From assembly GCA_963664195.1 (NCBI GenBank), contig OY760907.1, positions 544,001-608,000 of the forward strand: a stretch of DNA of 64,000 nucleotides. The letters are read 5' to 3'. Source of the DNA: an uncultured candidate division Zixibacteria bacterium. GTDB lineage: Bacteria; Zixibacteria; MSB-5A5; GN15; FEB-12. Shown in pieces: positions 10,009 to 20,053 of this stretch. The notes under the pieces are model-generated. The model saw nothing but the letters and a program-made list of their open reading frames with translations, did not search any database and was not told where the DNA came from. The first letter of the stretch is position 1; the number at the start of each line of letters is the position of its first letter. The position numbers and the translations under genes are program-made.

Positions 10009-10839
10009 ATGAAGAGAATGAATACAAGACTCACTCAGCAGACCGGTACGAGTTTGATCGAGGTGCTTATTGCCCTCTTTCTGACCGGCATCATTACCAT
10101 GTCTATCATGAAGCTGTATACGACACAGCACAACAACTACATCGTGCAGGATGACGTTACGGCAATCCAGCAAAATGCGCGGGCCTCAATCGACGAATTG
10201 ACCCGTCAGATCAGAATGGCCGGGCATCAGCTTCCGGCTGGACTTGATGCCATGGAATTCGCAAATACCGATCCTGATACGATTACCATCACCTACCGCC
10301 ACGACGGCTGCGACAACTACCTGTCGTCACCGATGCCACAGCCGTCGTCCGAATTGAAGTGCGGTGCAGACGTCTCCTGTTTGGAAGACGGCCAGTGGGT
10401 ATACATCTTTGATCCTGACTCAGGCGGCGGGGAGTTCTTTGAGATCACGCACGTCCAGACCGGATCGAATCATATCCAGCACAACACCATGACGCTGTCC
10501 AGAGCCTACGACGCCAATGCGATTATCCTATCGATGAACCGCGTGAGGTTCTACGTGGACAACACGACCGACCCGGATCATCCGGCGCTTATGATGGAGA
10601 CTCTGCGTCACGGTCCGCAGATATACGCGGATAACATTACCGACTTGCAGTTCCGGTATCGGCTGACCAACGGCAACATCGTCGATGTACCGGCACTTGC
10701 TGAGGACGTTCGCGAGGTGTTGATTTCCGTCTCGGGTCGCGGGAATAACCCGGACTACGAGTTATCCACCGACGAAGACGACTACTATCGCTCGCGCACC
10801 TACAGTTCTTCCGTCAGTTTGAGGAATGTTGGCCTCTAG
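10009..10839 (+). CDS. Minor type IV pilin, PilW-like
   Basis: QQTG|TSLIEVLIAL, QQNARASIDELTRQIRMAG and C-terminal VSLRN. Confidence 0.82.
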   Translation: MKRMNTRLTQQTGTSLIEVLIALFLTGIITMSIMKLYTTQHNNYIVQDDVTAIQQNARASIDELTRQIRMAGHQLPAGLDAMEFANTDPDTITITYRHDGCDNYLSSPMPQPSSELKCGADVSCLEDGQWVYIFDPDSGGGEFFEITHVQTGSNHIQHNTMTLSRAYDANAIILSMNRVRFYVDNTTDPDHPALMMETLRHGPQIYADNITDLQFRYRLTNGNIVDVPALAEDVREVLISVSGRGNNPDYELSTDEDDYYRSRTYSSSVSLRNVGL

Positions 10840-10887
10840 GCGGCTGATAGAAGACTACTACAATAGGAATTCAAAGGCAGGTATATT

Positions 10888-12537
10888 GTGAAAATCAAGA
10901 GACTCAACTCAGAGAGCGGCTTTGCGACCCTGATCGCGTTGATCATGATGGGCATGTTCATGTTGATCGGCGTGGCCATCCTGTCGACTTCTGACGACGA
11001 GATAACGGTCGCCGGCAACGAAATGCAGGAAATGCGTGCATTCTACGCCGCTGAATCAGGACTGGAAGCGGCCGCTGCCAGTCTCAATGAAGAATATGAC
11101 AGCACCGGTGCTCCGCCGACGGTTCTTCCTTCGGGCACGGACAGTATGAATTTCGCCGAAGTTGTCTATTCCACGACCGATGACGGTGCCGCATCTCAGC
11201 GCCAGCTCTCGGTCGGAGCTCTGGCAGGATTGCACGCGCTGGTGAAATCGTTTACGATGACGTCAACCGCCACGAGTACGATTGACCGCGCCACGGTTCA
11301 AGTGTCCCAATCGTTCGAGACTGCTCTCGTGCCGATTTTTCAGTTCGCTGTCTTCTACGGCAAGGATCTGGAAATCGCACCGGGACCGGATATGACGCTC
11401 ATCGGACGCGTCCACTCAAACGGCAACCTGTATATTCAAGCAGGTAACACGCTCAAGTTGGACAGTTATGTCACGGCCTCCGGCAATATCATCCACGGGC
11501 GCAAGGGGCCGGGAGGCGTAAGCAACGGCGATGTCCTTATCAAGGATGCCGACGGCAACTATGTCTCCATGAAGGACGGCAGTGACTGGATGGATGCCAC
11601 TCATTCTGACTGGTACGATTCCTCAGCGGCTCGCTGGGACGGTCGCGTGCAGGATGCCGCTCACGGTCAGGGCGAGCTGAATCTGCCGTTAACGAATTCC
11701 GATGACCCGCACGCGCTCATTGAGCCTGCCGCCGGCAATCCTGATTCATACGAGAATCTTGCAACCTTGAAAATCGTCGACGGCGTGGCCACTCGCCAAA
11801 TGTCCGACGGTACCTGGCAGGATGTCACGGCTGCAATGGTGGCCGACGGAGTCCTGTCGTACACCGTCAATAAGTTCTATGACAAACGTGAAGGCAACAA
11901 CGTCGATCTCACCGAACTTGATGTCGAGGCCATGTACGACCACGGTTACGCCCCCAGAAACGGCGTGGCATATTTCTCCGATGAGAGCACGTCAGGTACG
12001 GAATGGCCGGCCATCCGACTCACCAACGGAGCAGAACTTGACGACGGTCTGACCTTTGTCAGCGAAAACCCGCTTTATACCCTGGGTGACTTCAACTCCA
12101 TTAACAAGAAGCCGGCCTCGGTCATGGCGGACGCCGTCACGTTCTTGTCCAACGCCTGGGATGCCGGCGGCTATGATGCTAAAGGATCGTGGGACAAGAG
12201 CCAACGTCCGGCCTCTGCAACCACCGTCAATTGCTCGTATCTGACTGGTAATGTTGAGACAACAAGCACTTCATACAACGGCGGTTTTGAGAACCTTCCG
12301 CGTTTTCTGGAGAACTGGTCCGGCAGAGCATTCAACTGGAGCGGCTCGGCTGTGAATCTGTGGAACTCTGTCCAGGCCAACGGCACCTGGACTGGCGCAG
12401 CCTACTCTCCTCCGATCCGTAACTGGCAGTATGACACCAATCTGGATGACCCCAACAATCTCCCTCCGGAGTCACCGGTTGTGCGCGTCTTCCAGCGAAC
12501 CGGATGGAAACAGGAATACGTCGCTTACACGGAATAG
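10888..12537 (+). CDS. Large PilX-like minor pilin
   Basis: SESG|FATLIALIMM lacking Glu5 (as in PilX/GspK), AFYAAESGLE, GRVHSNGNL and YNGGFENLPRFLENW. Confidence 0.8.
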   Translation: MKIKRLNSESGFATLIALIMMGMFMLIGVAILSTSDDEITVAGNEMQEMRAFYAAESGLEAAAASLNEEYDSTGAPPTVLPSGTDSMNFAEVVYSTTDDGAASQRQLSVGALAGLHALVKSFTMTSTATSTIDRATVQVSQSFETALVPIFQFAVFYGKDLEIAPGPDMTLIGRVHSNGNLYIQAGNTLKLDSYVTASGNIIHGRKGPGGVSNGDVLIKDADGNYVSMKDGSDWMDATHSDWYDSSAARWDGRVQDAAHGQGELNLPLTNSDDPHALIEPAAGNPDSYENLATLKIVDGVATRQMSDGTWQDVTAAMVADGVLSYTVNKFYDKREGNNVDLTELDVEAMYDHGYAPRNGVAYFSDESTSGTEWPAIRLTNGAELDDGLTFVSENPLYTLGDFNSINKKPASVMADAVTFLSNAWDAGGYDAKGSWDKSQRPASATTVNCSYLTGNVETTSTSYNGGFENLPRFLENWSGRAFNWSGSAVNLWNSVQANGTWTGAAYSPPIRNWQYDTNLDDPNNLPPESPVVRVFQRTGWKQEYVAYTE

Positions 12538-12560
12538 TAGTCTCACAGTAATCTCGTAAC

Positions 12561-12593
12561 AAAAGAAGCCCGCCTGGTAGGCGGGCTTCTTTT
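12561..12593. terminator. Bidirectional intrinsic terminator
   Basis: aaaagaagcccgcct-ggt-aggcgggcttctttt between the convergent pilX-like and sppA genes. Confidence 0.85.
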
Positions 12594-12608
12594 GTGATCG
12601 CATCTAAG

Positions 12609-15020
12609 CTATCGAATGTCAATGTCGAACGGCATTCGCGCAAACACTGATTCCTCCTCAGAGACCGGCAGCGAAGCCGGAATCACTTCCGACGGTTCAT
12701 GCCCGCCTGTCAGAATCGAAACGAGCGAGCCGATGAACGGAATCTTCGGTGCTATAAACCAGGGTCGTTTCCGCGGCAATATCTCGACCCGGTACTCTTT
12801 GAATCCCAGTTCACCGGCAAGGTAGTCGAGCGCCTGCTTGATGCCGCCTGTTTGATCGGCGAGACCGTTGACCGTGGCCTCACGGCCGGTCCAGACCTTG
12901 CCCCGGCTCAGACAATCCACAGAATCCTCCGGCAGATTCCTGTTCTCGGCCACAAGATCAACGAAGTGACCGTAAAATGATTTCAAGTGGGAGTGATATT
13001 TCTCGCGCTCTTCGTCGGTAAACGGACGCGTGTTGGTCAGCATGCCGGCGTACTTGCCTCTGGTATACAGCTCCTTGCCGACCTCGATCTTCTCAAAAAG
13101 CCCACTGAAATCCGCCTTGCCTCCGTAGATGCCGATCGACCCGGTGACCGAAGCCGGATCCACGAAGATTCGTTCGGCAGGCATCGCCACATAGTATCCC
13201 CCCGAAGCGGCCACATTACCCATCGAGACAACGAAGGGTTTGCGCTCGGCGGCCGTAGCGGCGGAGTGGTACACCTGCTCGCCAGCTATGGCTGCCCCTC
13301 CGGGCGAGTTCACACGAAACACGATGCCCTTGATACCCGGATCATCTTTGGCCACCGCAAAAGCTCTCGCCATAGACGCAGGGTTAACACCGGACGCGTT
13401 CGGGCTGACGTTTCCCTGCCCGCCCCGAATCTCACCCTCGGCCACAACAACAGCCAACGTCGGGGCCGTATTCCAACTGTCGTTCAAGAGCGTATCGGTT
13501 TGGTAGCTACGAAACGTCAGTTCAGGCATCGTGCGAACAAACTCACGATTAACGCGATCCCGATAGCAGAGACCGTCGACAAGACCAAACTCCAGCGCCT
13601 CTTCGGACGTAAAGGGACCGTTGTCAATGATTGCCTTCACAGAATCTCGGGACAGTCCGCGACCATCAGCAATCGAGGAAACAAACTGATCGTACAAATC
13701 GTCGAGCAGATGATTCACCTGCTCTCGGTTTTCCTCGGTCGCGGCTCGTCGGGTGTAGGTCTCCGCTGCGGTCTTGTATTCTCCCACACGGAGGATTTCC
13801 ATCTGAACGCCGAGCTTGTCGAGCGTTCCCGCCCAGAAAGTCAGCTCCGCGCGAAGCCCCACCAATCGCAATTGACAGACCGGCGGGATCAGGATGGAGT
13901 CGGCTGCCGAGGCAACGAAATAGGCAACGTTGTTCGGGGAGCTTATGTGACAAATGACCGCTTTGCCCTCGGATTTGAAATACGTGATGGCCTCGCGCAA
14001 CTCCTGGGCCTGTCCGAGTCCAAGCGAAAGCGACCGGAGATCAAGCAACATCTCGCCGATTACCGGATCGTCAGCCGCCCGATAGATCGTTGTGATAAGA
14101 TCGAGAAACGGGGTACGTTTTGCACCAAACACCGGTCGGGGCGGATTCTCGGCAGGCCGACCTGAAACAGCCACCGTCAGGCGTCGTTTTGTCTCTTTGA
14201 GTATAGACGGCTGCCGGTGATTGGTGGCACCGACAAAAACGGTAGTCCGCCCGTTGTGTCCCTTTTTGTCGAAGGAGCTGCGTGAACCAACGAAATACTT
14301 AAGCAGGTTTGCACGAACACCAAACTGGAAATTCCGATCGGAGTCTACAAAGGCATTCACATACAGACCGGGCTTCAGAATATACTCTGCATGGTATTTG
14401 AATTCCGCATCTTGAAGGCTGTTTCTGGATGACAGGAACATGTCCGCCGAAACGGTGAGCCGTGTGCCCGAAGGCCTGTATGACACGCTGTACTGTTGCT
14501 CCACCGCCGACCGTCGACCACCGATTTTGCCTCGGTTGAGGTTCGACCAGACTGCTCCCAGAGACCACGGTCCTTTGCCGCGACTCCCCAACCCTATTGT
14601 CCAGAAGTGACGGTTGTCGTAAATGCCCGGCCCCGATCTGAAATACCGGTAGGAAAGCCCGACAGTCAGCGAGTTTCCCATCCCCATGCCCATCGCGGCA
14701 ACCCACTCTTTATAGTCTTCTCCGTCCGGATTTTCAATCCGCCTATACGCCGTGGTGAACCGATCCCGGTACAACACCCAGCCCCAGCTCTTGGCATAAT
14801 CACCGTTCTCATAGTCGGCCATGAGCTGAAAGCCGGAAACTCCATAGCGCCCGAGACCCGCAGGGTTCGTCCACGCGGCTTCCGAGCCAAATACCGAAGC
14901 GGCCGGCTGATAGTAGAAAACGTCATCAGGGATAGGAATGCGACGGTCCGTCTCGCCCGCCAGGACCGAAAGGCCAACTATCAGAACCGTCAGAAACGCA
15001 ATCGATAGAACTCTTGTCAC
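12609..15020 (-). CDS. sppA: Signal peptide peptidase SppA (67K type, tandem S49 domains) with a long N-terminal extension
   Basis: RVGEYKTAAE, RVNSPGG, SMGNVAASGGYY, TGSIGI and GKVWTG; GTG start after GGAG. Confidence 0.88.
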   Translation of the reverse strand: MTRVLSIAFLTVLIVGLSVLAGETDRRIPIPDDVFYYQPAASVFGSEAAWTNPAGLGRYGVSGFQLMADYENGDYAKSWGWVLYRDRFTTAYRRIENPDGEDYKEWVAAMGMGMGNSLTVGLSYRYFRSGPGIYDNRHFWTIGLGSRGKGPWSLGAVWSNLNRGKIGGRRSAVEQQYSVSYRPSGTRLTVSADMFLSSRNSLQDAEFKYHAEYILKPGLYVNAFVDSDRNFQFGVRANLLKYFVGSRSSFDKKGHNGRTTVFVGATNHRQPSILKETKRRLTVAVSGRPAENPPRPVFGAKRTPFLDLITTIYRAADDPVIGEMLLDLRSLSLGLGQAQELREAITYFKSEGKAVICHISSPNNVAYFVASAADSILIPPVCQLRLVGLRAELTFWAGTLDKLGVQMEILRVGEYKTAAETYTRRAATEENREQVNHLLDDLYDQFVSSIADGRGLSRDSVKAIIDNGPFTSEEALEFGLVDGLCYRDRVNREFVRTMPELTFRSYQTDTLLNDSWNTAPTLAVVVAEGEIRGGQGNVSPNASGVNPASMARAFAVAKDDPGIKGIVFRVNSPGGAAIAGEQVYHSAATAAERKPFVVSMGNVAASGGYYVAMPAERIFVDPASVTGSIGIYGGKADFSGLFEKIEVGKELYTRGKYAGMLTNTRPFTDEEREKYHSHLKSFYGHFVDLVAENRNLPEDSVDCLSRGKVWTGREATVNGLADQTGGIKQALDYLAGELGFKEYRVEILPRKRPWFIAPKIPFIGSLVSILTGGHEPSEVIPASLPVSEEESVFARMPFDIDIR

Positions 15021-15021
15021 G

Positions 15022-16077
15022 CTATTCTCCCTGGATACCACGAACGTAGATATTCCCCTTACCCGTGATTGACCCGCTGATATCAACTGCCCCTTCTCCA
15101 ACCAGCAGATTCAACCGATTGTCCTGCACCAAATCGGTAGTGAACGGAAACCCGGAGGCGCTGATCTCACCGTCATCATCGACCGCCAGAGAGAGAAACG
15201 CCGAGAATGTATCGGGTATCGTCACCTCGATATCTTCGTCACGGTTGATCACCACAAGCTGTCCCTCCGGCATGCTGCGAATATCGAGAATAATCGGTGC
15301 CGACAGGCCACGTATAATACTACCGGAGCCGGTCGGCTCGAAATCGACCACGTTAATGCGGCCGAATCGATTGCGGATATTAACACTGCCGGAGACCTTC
15401 CGGATATCGATGTCGCCGCCGTCGTTGCGAATTCTGGACTGTCCCTCGGTACAGGAAAGAGAACGAGCGACAATAGTGGAATTCGAGGTTGTAGCAGATA
15501 CCCTGCCTGAAATATCGTCGAGGACAATGCGACGATTGGCCGTTTGAATGTCCAGACTTTTCGCCACAGAACTGATCGAGAGCCTGCCAAGCGAAGATGG
15601 AATACTGACCGACTCAAGCGGCCCCTCGGCGACAATGTCGAAATACATAGCGTCGATTTCGACGCCTATCCCGGCGGGCAGTACTATCTGCGCCACGATC
15701 ATGCCGGACTCTGCCCGTTTTGCCCAGGGCGCCGGGTTGGGCGCATGCAGATCTACGTGGATTTCTTCGTGAACCACGGTCAATTCGACTGAAATCAAAT
15801 CTATATAATCAATTGCGCGTGACCGATTGTCAGTCTTGGCCTGTTTCGTGAAAACGATGCTTGCCGTTTCGTCTTCAGACACAGTCACCCTGATATCCCC
15901 GGAAAGGTTGACCGCCGACCGAATGATCGCTCGTTTGGCTCCACCCGCAGATTTCTTGATACCGATTTGATCGGTGGAAAAGAGACCGGCCTCCACGCGA
16001 GAGACTTCCTGAGAGAACACACTGCCCGCAAGCAGCAGCACCAGCAGTGCTATACTCGTTTCGAATCTATATCTCAT
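15022..16077 (-). CDS. Exported beta-strand repeat protein (DUF4097/adhesin-like)
   Basis: Signal peptide; repeated (T/S)xxGxIx units; ATGA overlap with the upstream gene. Confidence 0.65.
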   Translation of the reverse strand: MRYRFETSIALLVLLLAGSVFSQEVSRVEAGLFSTDQIGIKKSAGGAKRAIIRSAVNLSGDIRVTVSEDETASIVFTKQAKTDNRSRAIDYIDLISVELTVVHEEIHVDLHAPNPAPWAKRAESGMIVAQIVLPAGIGVEIDAMYFDIVAEGPLESVSIPSSLGRLSISSVAKSLDIQTANRRIVLDDISGRVSATTSNSTIVARSLSCTEGQSRIRNDGGDIDIRKVSGSVNIRNRFGRINVVDFEPTGSGSIIRGLSAPIILDIRSMPEGQLVVINRDEDIEVTIPDTFSAFLSLAVDDDGEISASGFPFTTDLVQDNRLNLLVGEGAVDISGSITGKGNIYVRGIQGE

Positions 16078-16874
16078 CTGGTCCTCCGGTGCCTGTAGCG
16101 GTAGCACTCTCTCATAAGTATCGACCCGGCAACGGCAGTATTTAAGGACTCAATGGCCGGCTCATGATTCAGTCGCACCGCAAAGTCTGCCGCCGCAGCA
16201 ACCTCGGGTGACACGCCCTCAGCCTCCGATCCGAGTGCCAACAGCAGTTTCTTACCCTTCGCCCGGTCGAGCGTTCTGGCTATGTGATCCTGACCGTGAA
16301 CATCGCCGGTAATCAGTTTCCACCCATCATCTTTGACCGTCTTCAGGACCTCCACCGTATCAGCAATTGCTATCTTGATACCAAACACCGCTCCAACTGA
16401 GGATCTCACTACTTTTGGCGCATACGGCTCACACGAGTGACCGGCCAGTACGACCAGATCAAAACCAAAAGCAATTGCCGACCGAATCAACGTCCCGGCA
16501 TTCCCGGGATCAGACAGGTTCTCACACAGTAGTATGTTACGCATCTTGCTGTCATAAAGTTCGGCCAGTTTGGCAGATGGAACCGCAAAGACAGCCATGA
16601 TCCCCGGCGAGGTTTCGGCATCGGCCATTCGATCTATCTCTTTGGCGGACACTTCGAGAACGTCTATCTTGTTCTTCCGGGCACGTCCGATCAGGGTCGC
16701 ACCCCGTGGTGAAAGAACTGCGGGGCAGGCGTACAGTTTCTCCGGCTTAGCACCCAGACGAAGGCTCTCTTCGAGCAACCTCACACCCTCGGCAACAAAC
16801 AGCCCGTGGGTCCGACGACCCTTCTTCGTGCGGAGAGAACGCACTTTTTTTATTTCCGCTTGACTGAGCGACAA
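16074..16874 (-). CDS. TrmH/SpoU-family RNA 2'-O-methyltransferase
   Basis: DPGNAGTLIRSA, LGSEAEGVS and ESLNTAVAGSI SPOUT motifs. Confidence 0.92.
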   Translation of the reverse strand: MSLSQAEIKKVRSLRTKKGRRTHGLFVAEGVRLLEESLRLGAKPEKLYACPAVLSPRGATLIGRARKNKIDVLEVSAKEIDRMADAETSPGIMAVFAVPSAKLAELYDSKMRNILLCENLSDPGNAGTLIRSAIAFGFDLVVLAGHSCEPYAPKVVRSSVGAVFGIKIAIADTVEVLKTVKDDGWKLITGDVHGQDHIARTLDRAKGKKLLLALGSEAEGVSPEVAAAADFAVRLNHEPAIESLNTAVAGSILMRECYRYRHRRTR

Positions 16875-16937
16875 ACTTCATTACCCTCAACAAATAGTGG
16901 TGGCATCAATGAACCTTTTTTCAGACTGTTTAGGCAA

Positions 16938-19601
16938 GTGAAATCTCTGACCTTCGTGACCGTCATCCTCGTGCTCACAGTCTCGTCGCTGTTGGCCGAC
17001 ACTTCGACTATTGTCGTTGGAGGACTGGACGGTATCGATCCCTCACGCGACCGCACCGAATATCGTATCGCTGTGGCTCTGTCCGGCGGCGGTGCCCGGG
17101 GGCTTAGCTCAATCGGTATCCTTAAGGCATTCGAGGAAAGCGATATTGAGATCACCGCTGTGGCCGGCACCTCTATGGGGGGCATTGTCGGCGGTCTGTA
17201 CGCGTGTGGATACTCTCCTGAAGAGCTGACGGGTTTTGTGTCGGAAATCGACTTCACTACGCTGTTTGCCAACCGTCCTTCGCGCTCTTCCATGTTCGTA
17301 ACGCGTCGACAGGAGATTGAGCGGCATCTGCTGACCATCCGTTTTGACGGGCTCCGTCCCCAGATCCCCCAGGCCCTGACCGGTGCCCCGGAGTTGACTT
17401 CGCTGCTGATGCGATTGACCAACCGGGCCAACTATCTGGCCGGCGGCGATTTCACGAAACTTCCGATTCCGTTCAGTACCGTCGGGACAGACATCATATC
17501 CGGCGAGGCGGTTGTACTCTCCAAGGGAACCCTGGCCGATGCCATGCGCGCCACTATGGCCTTCCCGCTCGCTTTCACTGGCGTCGAACGAGGCGAACGA
17601 ATTCTCATGGACGGGGGCATGCTGGTACCGGTGCCGGTTGACATTGTGCGAGACATGGTCTCCGATGATGTTCCGGTGATTGCCGTCAACACAAGCAGTC
17701 CGCTGCTGCCGGCGGACAAACTGATATCGCCGGTAGATATCGCTAATCAGGTTACTTCGATCATGGTCGAGGACAAACTGCGGGCGCAGCTTGAACGCGC
17801 AGATATCGTCATCAAACCTATCTCAGATGATTTCTCCGCCGCCGAGTTCACGCTCCGTGACAGCCTCATCGCTCTCGGCTACGCCGCAGGTCTGGCGATG
17901 GTCGACAGCATCAAAACGTTGTGCGATGCCCGCGCAACGAAAAACGACGACAATCGAGTCCAAACCAAACGCTACCGGCTCATCGAAAGTGAAATAGTGT
18001 GTTCCGACAGCACTCTCACGTCAGCTCTTCAGTCGCTCGGCAAGCTAACTGAGTTCACTCGACCGGAGTTGACTGACAGGACAAAGCAAATAGCACGTAC
18101 TGCCAGCGCCTTTCAGATTTCGGTGCGCTTGATTTCGGATCCCGGCCCAATTGCGATAGAGCCTGCCTCAGTGCGTACCGGAACTGCAACGCCGGTGCGG
18201 ATGAAGATTGCTGCCCGGGCAAAACCCCTGCGGTCAGAGACGAAGTTTGAATTCCGGGGCAACGAGGTCTTCGATGACTCGACTCTGCTTCGAGTATGCC
18301 AACTGCCGGAAACTCCTCTCTCGGCTGATGACCTGCGGCAGGCAATTACGAGAATCAACGATTTGTACCGCAAAGAAGGGTATGATCTTGCCGATGTCCG
18401 CAATGTCTCGATCGATTTCGCCAACGATCGAATCGTGGTCGGGATCGACGAAGCCACCGTCAGGGGAGTGACCATCGTCAACAACAGCAGGTCAAAGGAC
18501 TGGTTGATACGATCCTATTTCTCTCTCGGGCGAGGACAGCCCTATTCCTCGAAACGGGTCAGTCGGGGCTTGGCCGATCTCTACGGTACCGGCCTGTACG
18601 ACCAGATCACGGTTCAGCTCACGCCGGCAGACAGCGGCGTAGACCTCACGCTGAAAGTCAAAGAGAAGAAATACACGCAAATGCGTTTCGGCTGGCACTG
18701 GCACGAAGAGTACCAGTCAGAGCAGTTCTTCGAGGCTCTCGACGACAACATCGGTGGAATCGGTTTGGAATACCTCCTCCACGGTCAGTATGCCAACGAC
18801 CGTCAGGAAGTGTACACCGGCTTCAGACTGGAACGCCTGTTCTTCACGTACCTGACAACAAAAGTTCGCCTTGGCTACGAAAGTCTTGATCGCGACCTGT
18901 TCCTCCCCGACGGGACCACCGACGGGTCACGTTTCGAAGACCGCTGGAGGCTGGCATTTGAATTCGGACAACACATCGCCAGACTCGGGGCGGTCACGGC
19001 GGGTATCTCGCTGGAAGAGATCCAGCTTGAGGACACTCGCAAGGAAACGTTCCAGAAGTTCGGTCTCAGAACGTTGTATCTCCAGTCGCTCGTCGAGAAT
19101 CTCGATCAGGCCACTCTGCCAAACTCCGGCAACAAAACAAGCGTGGAACTTCGGCTGGCAGGCAAACTAATCGGCGGCGAAGTCGAGTACACGAGACTTC
19201 TCGGCTCAATCGAGTTCTACCACCCAATCAGCAAGTACGTCAATCTCCATCCGAGATTCTCGATTGGCTGGTCACGTCGCGGACTGCCGTCCTCCGAGAA
19301 ATTCTACCTCGGCGGGATGCACTCCTTTGCAGGGTTCAGAATCAACGAGCTATCCGGCGACAAATTCCTGCTGTTCAATCAGGAACTTCGAGTCAACCTG
19401 CCGCTCAACTTCTACTTGTACGGACGATGGGATTTGGGCGAAGTGTACACGACCACCGAGGAAATCAAGATCAGGAACCTGCGCCACGGTTTCGGCACGG
19501 CTTTGGCTTTTGGATCACCGATCGGCCCGATCGAGCTAGGCTTTGGCGGCGGCGACAGCCCGAAGGACCGGTTTTATTTCAGAGCGGGGTTCAGGTTTTA
19601 G
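16938..19601 (+). CDS. Patatin phospholipase-POTRA-Omp85 barrel protein (PlpD-like, type Vd)
   Basis: LSGGGARG, GTSMG and DGG patatin motifs; POTRA-like segments; FYLGG...FAGF, SPIGPI and terminal RAGFRF barrel signature. Confidence 0.88.
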   Translation: MKSLTFVTVILVLTVSSLLADTSTIVVGGLDGIDPSRDRTEYRIAVALSGGGARGLSSIGILKAFEESDIEITAVAGTSMGGIVGGLYACGYSPEELTGFVSEIDFTTLFANRPSRSSMFVTRRQEIERHLLTIRFDGLRPQIPQALTGAPELTSLLMRLTNRANYLAGGDFTKLPIPFSTVGTDIISGEAVVLSKGTLADAMRATMAFPLAFTGVERGERILMDGGMLVPVPVDIVRDMVSDDVPVIAVNTSSPLLPADKLISPVDIANQVTSIMVEDKLRAQLERADIVIKPISDDFSAAEFTLRDSLIALGYAAGLAMVDSIKTLCDARATKNDDNRVQTKRYRLIESEIVCSDSTLTSALQSLGKLTEFTRPELTDRTKQIARTASAFQISVRLISDPGPIAIEPASVRTGTATPVRMKIAARAKPLRSETKFEFRGNEVFDDSTLLRVCQLPETPLSADDLRQAITRINDLYRKEGYDLADVRNVSIDFANDRIVVGIDEATVRGVTIVNNSRSKDWLIRSYFSLGRGQPYSSKRVSRGLADLYGTGLYDQITVQLTPADSGVDLTLKVKEKKYTQMRFGWHWHEEYQSEQFFEALDDNIGGIGLEYLLHGQYANDRQEVYTGFRLERLFFTYLTTKVRLGYESLDRDLFLPDGTTDGSRFEDRWRLAFEFGQHIARLGAVTAGISLEEIQLEDTRKETFQKFGLRTLYLQSLVENLDQATLPNSGNKTSVELRLAGKLIGGEVEYTRLLGSIEFYHPISKYVNLHPRFSIGWSRRGLPSSEKFYLGGMHSFAGFRINELSGDKFLLFNQELRVNLPLNFYLYGRWDLGEVYTTTEEIKIRNLRHGFGTALAFGSPIGPIELGFGGGDSPKDRFYFRAGFRF

Positions 19602-19658
19602 GGGACGCGATTGCAACGACACTTACTGCCAGGTCGCAATCCTCATATCACCTATACT

Positions 19659-19685
19659 GTGGGCGGCAGACGCCCTCGTCTGCCC
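19659..19685 (+). repeat. REP-like hairpin, family B (partial copy also at 19912-19926)
   Basis: gtgggcggcagacgccctcgtctgccc, one mismatch from the 6140 copy. Confidence 0.7.
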
Positions 19686-19933
19686 CAGCCTCACCTATTA
19701 CGACTCCGCCGAAGCCAATCGAGTCTCACCTGCAATCAAGTCATCTCTGGCAGAACCAGCTATCTCTACACCCAGCCTTACCAGATTGCTGTGCGACTCT
19801 GTTTCTTCGCCGCCTCGGTGTTGATTACTGCCGCGGCGACGACAACGATCACACTGACAGACTAGTCTGTGAGCCTGTCGAAGTGTGCTCTGCTTGATTG
19901 TCTGTTGTCCTGTGGGCGGCAGACGCAACAGTC

Positions 19934-20053
19934 GTAGGTCGAAACTCCTGCAGTTTCGACTTCCTTGATGACCTGCGGCGACGATGGCAGAACCGCTTCG
20001 CCAGTAAGTATAAACTGGCAGTTTCACCTATCCGGGTTCAGCCCTACGAGGAC
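19934..20053 (+). repeat. 120-bp repeat, copy 1, starting with a GTAG REP-like hairpin (family A)
   Basis: Starts gtaggtcgaaactcctgcagtttcgac and aligns by eye along its length with 20800-20920. Confidence 0.85.
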
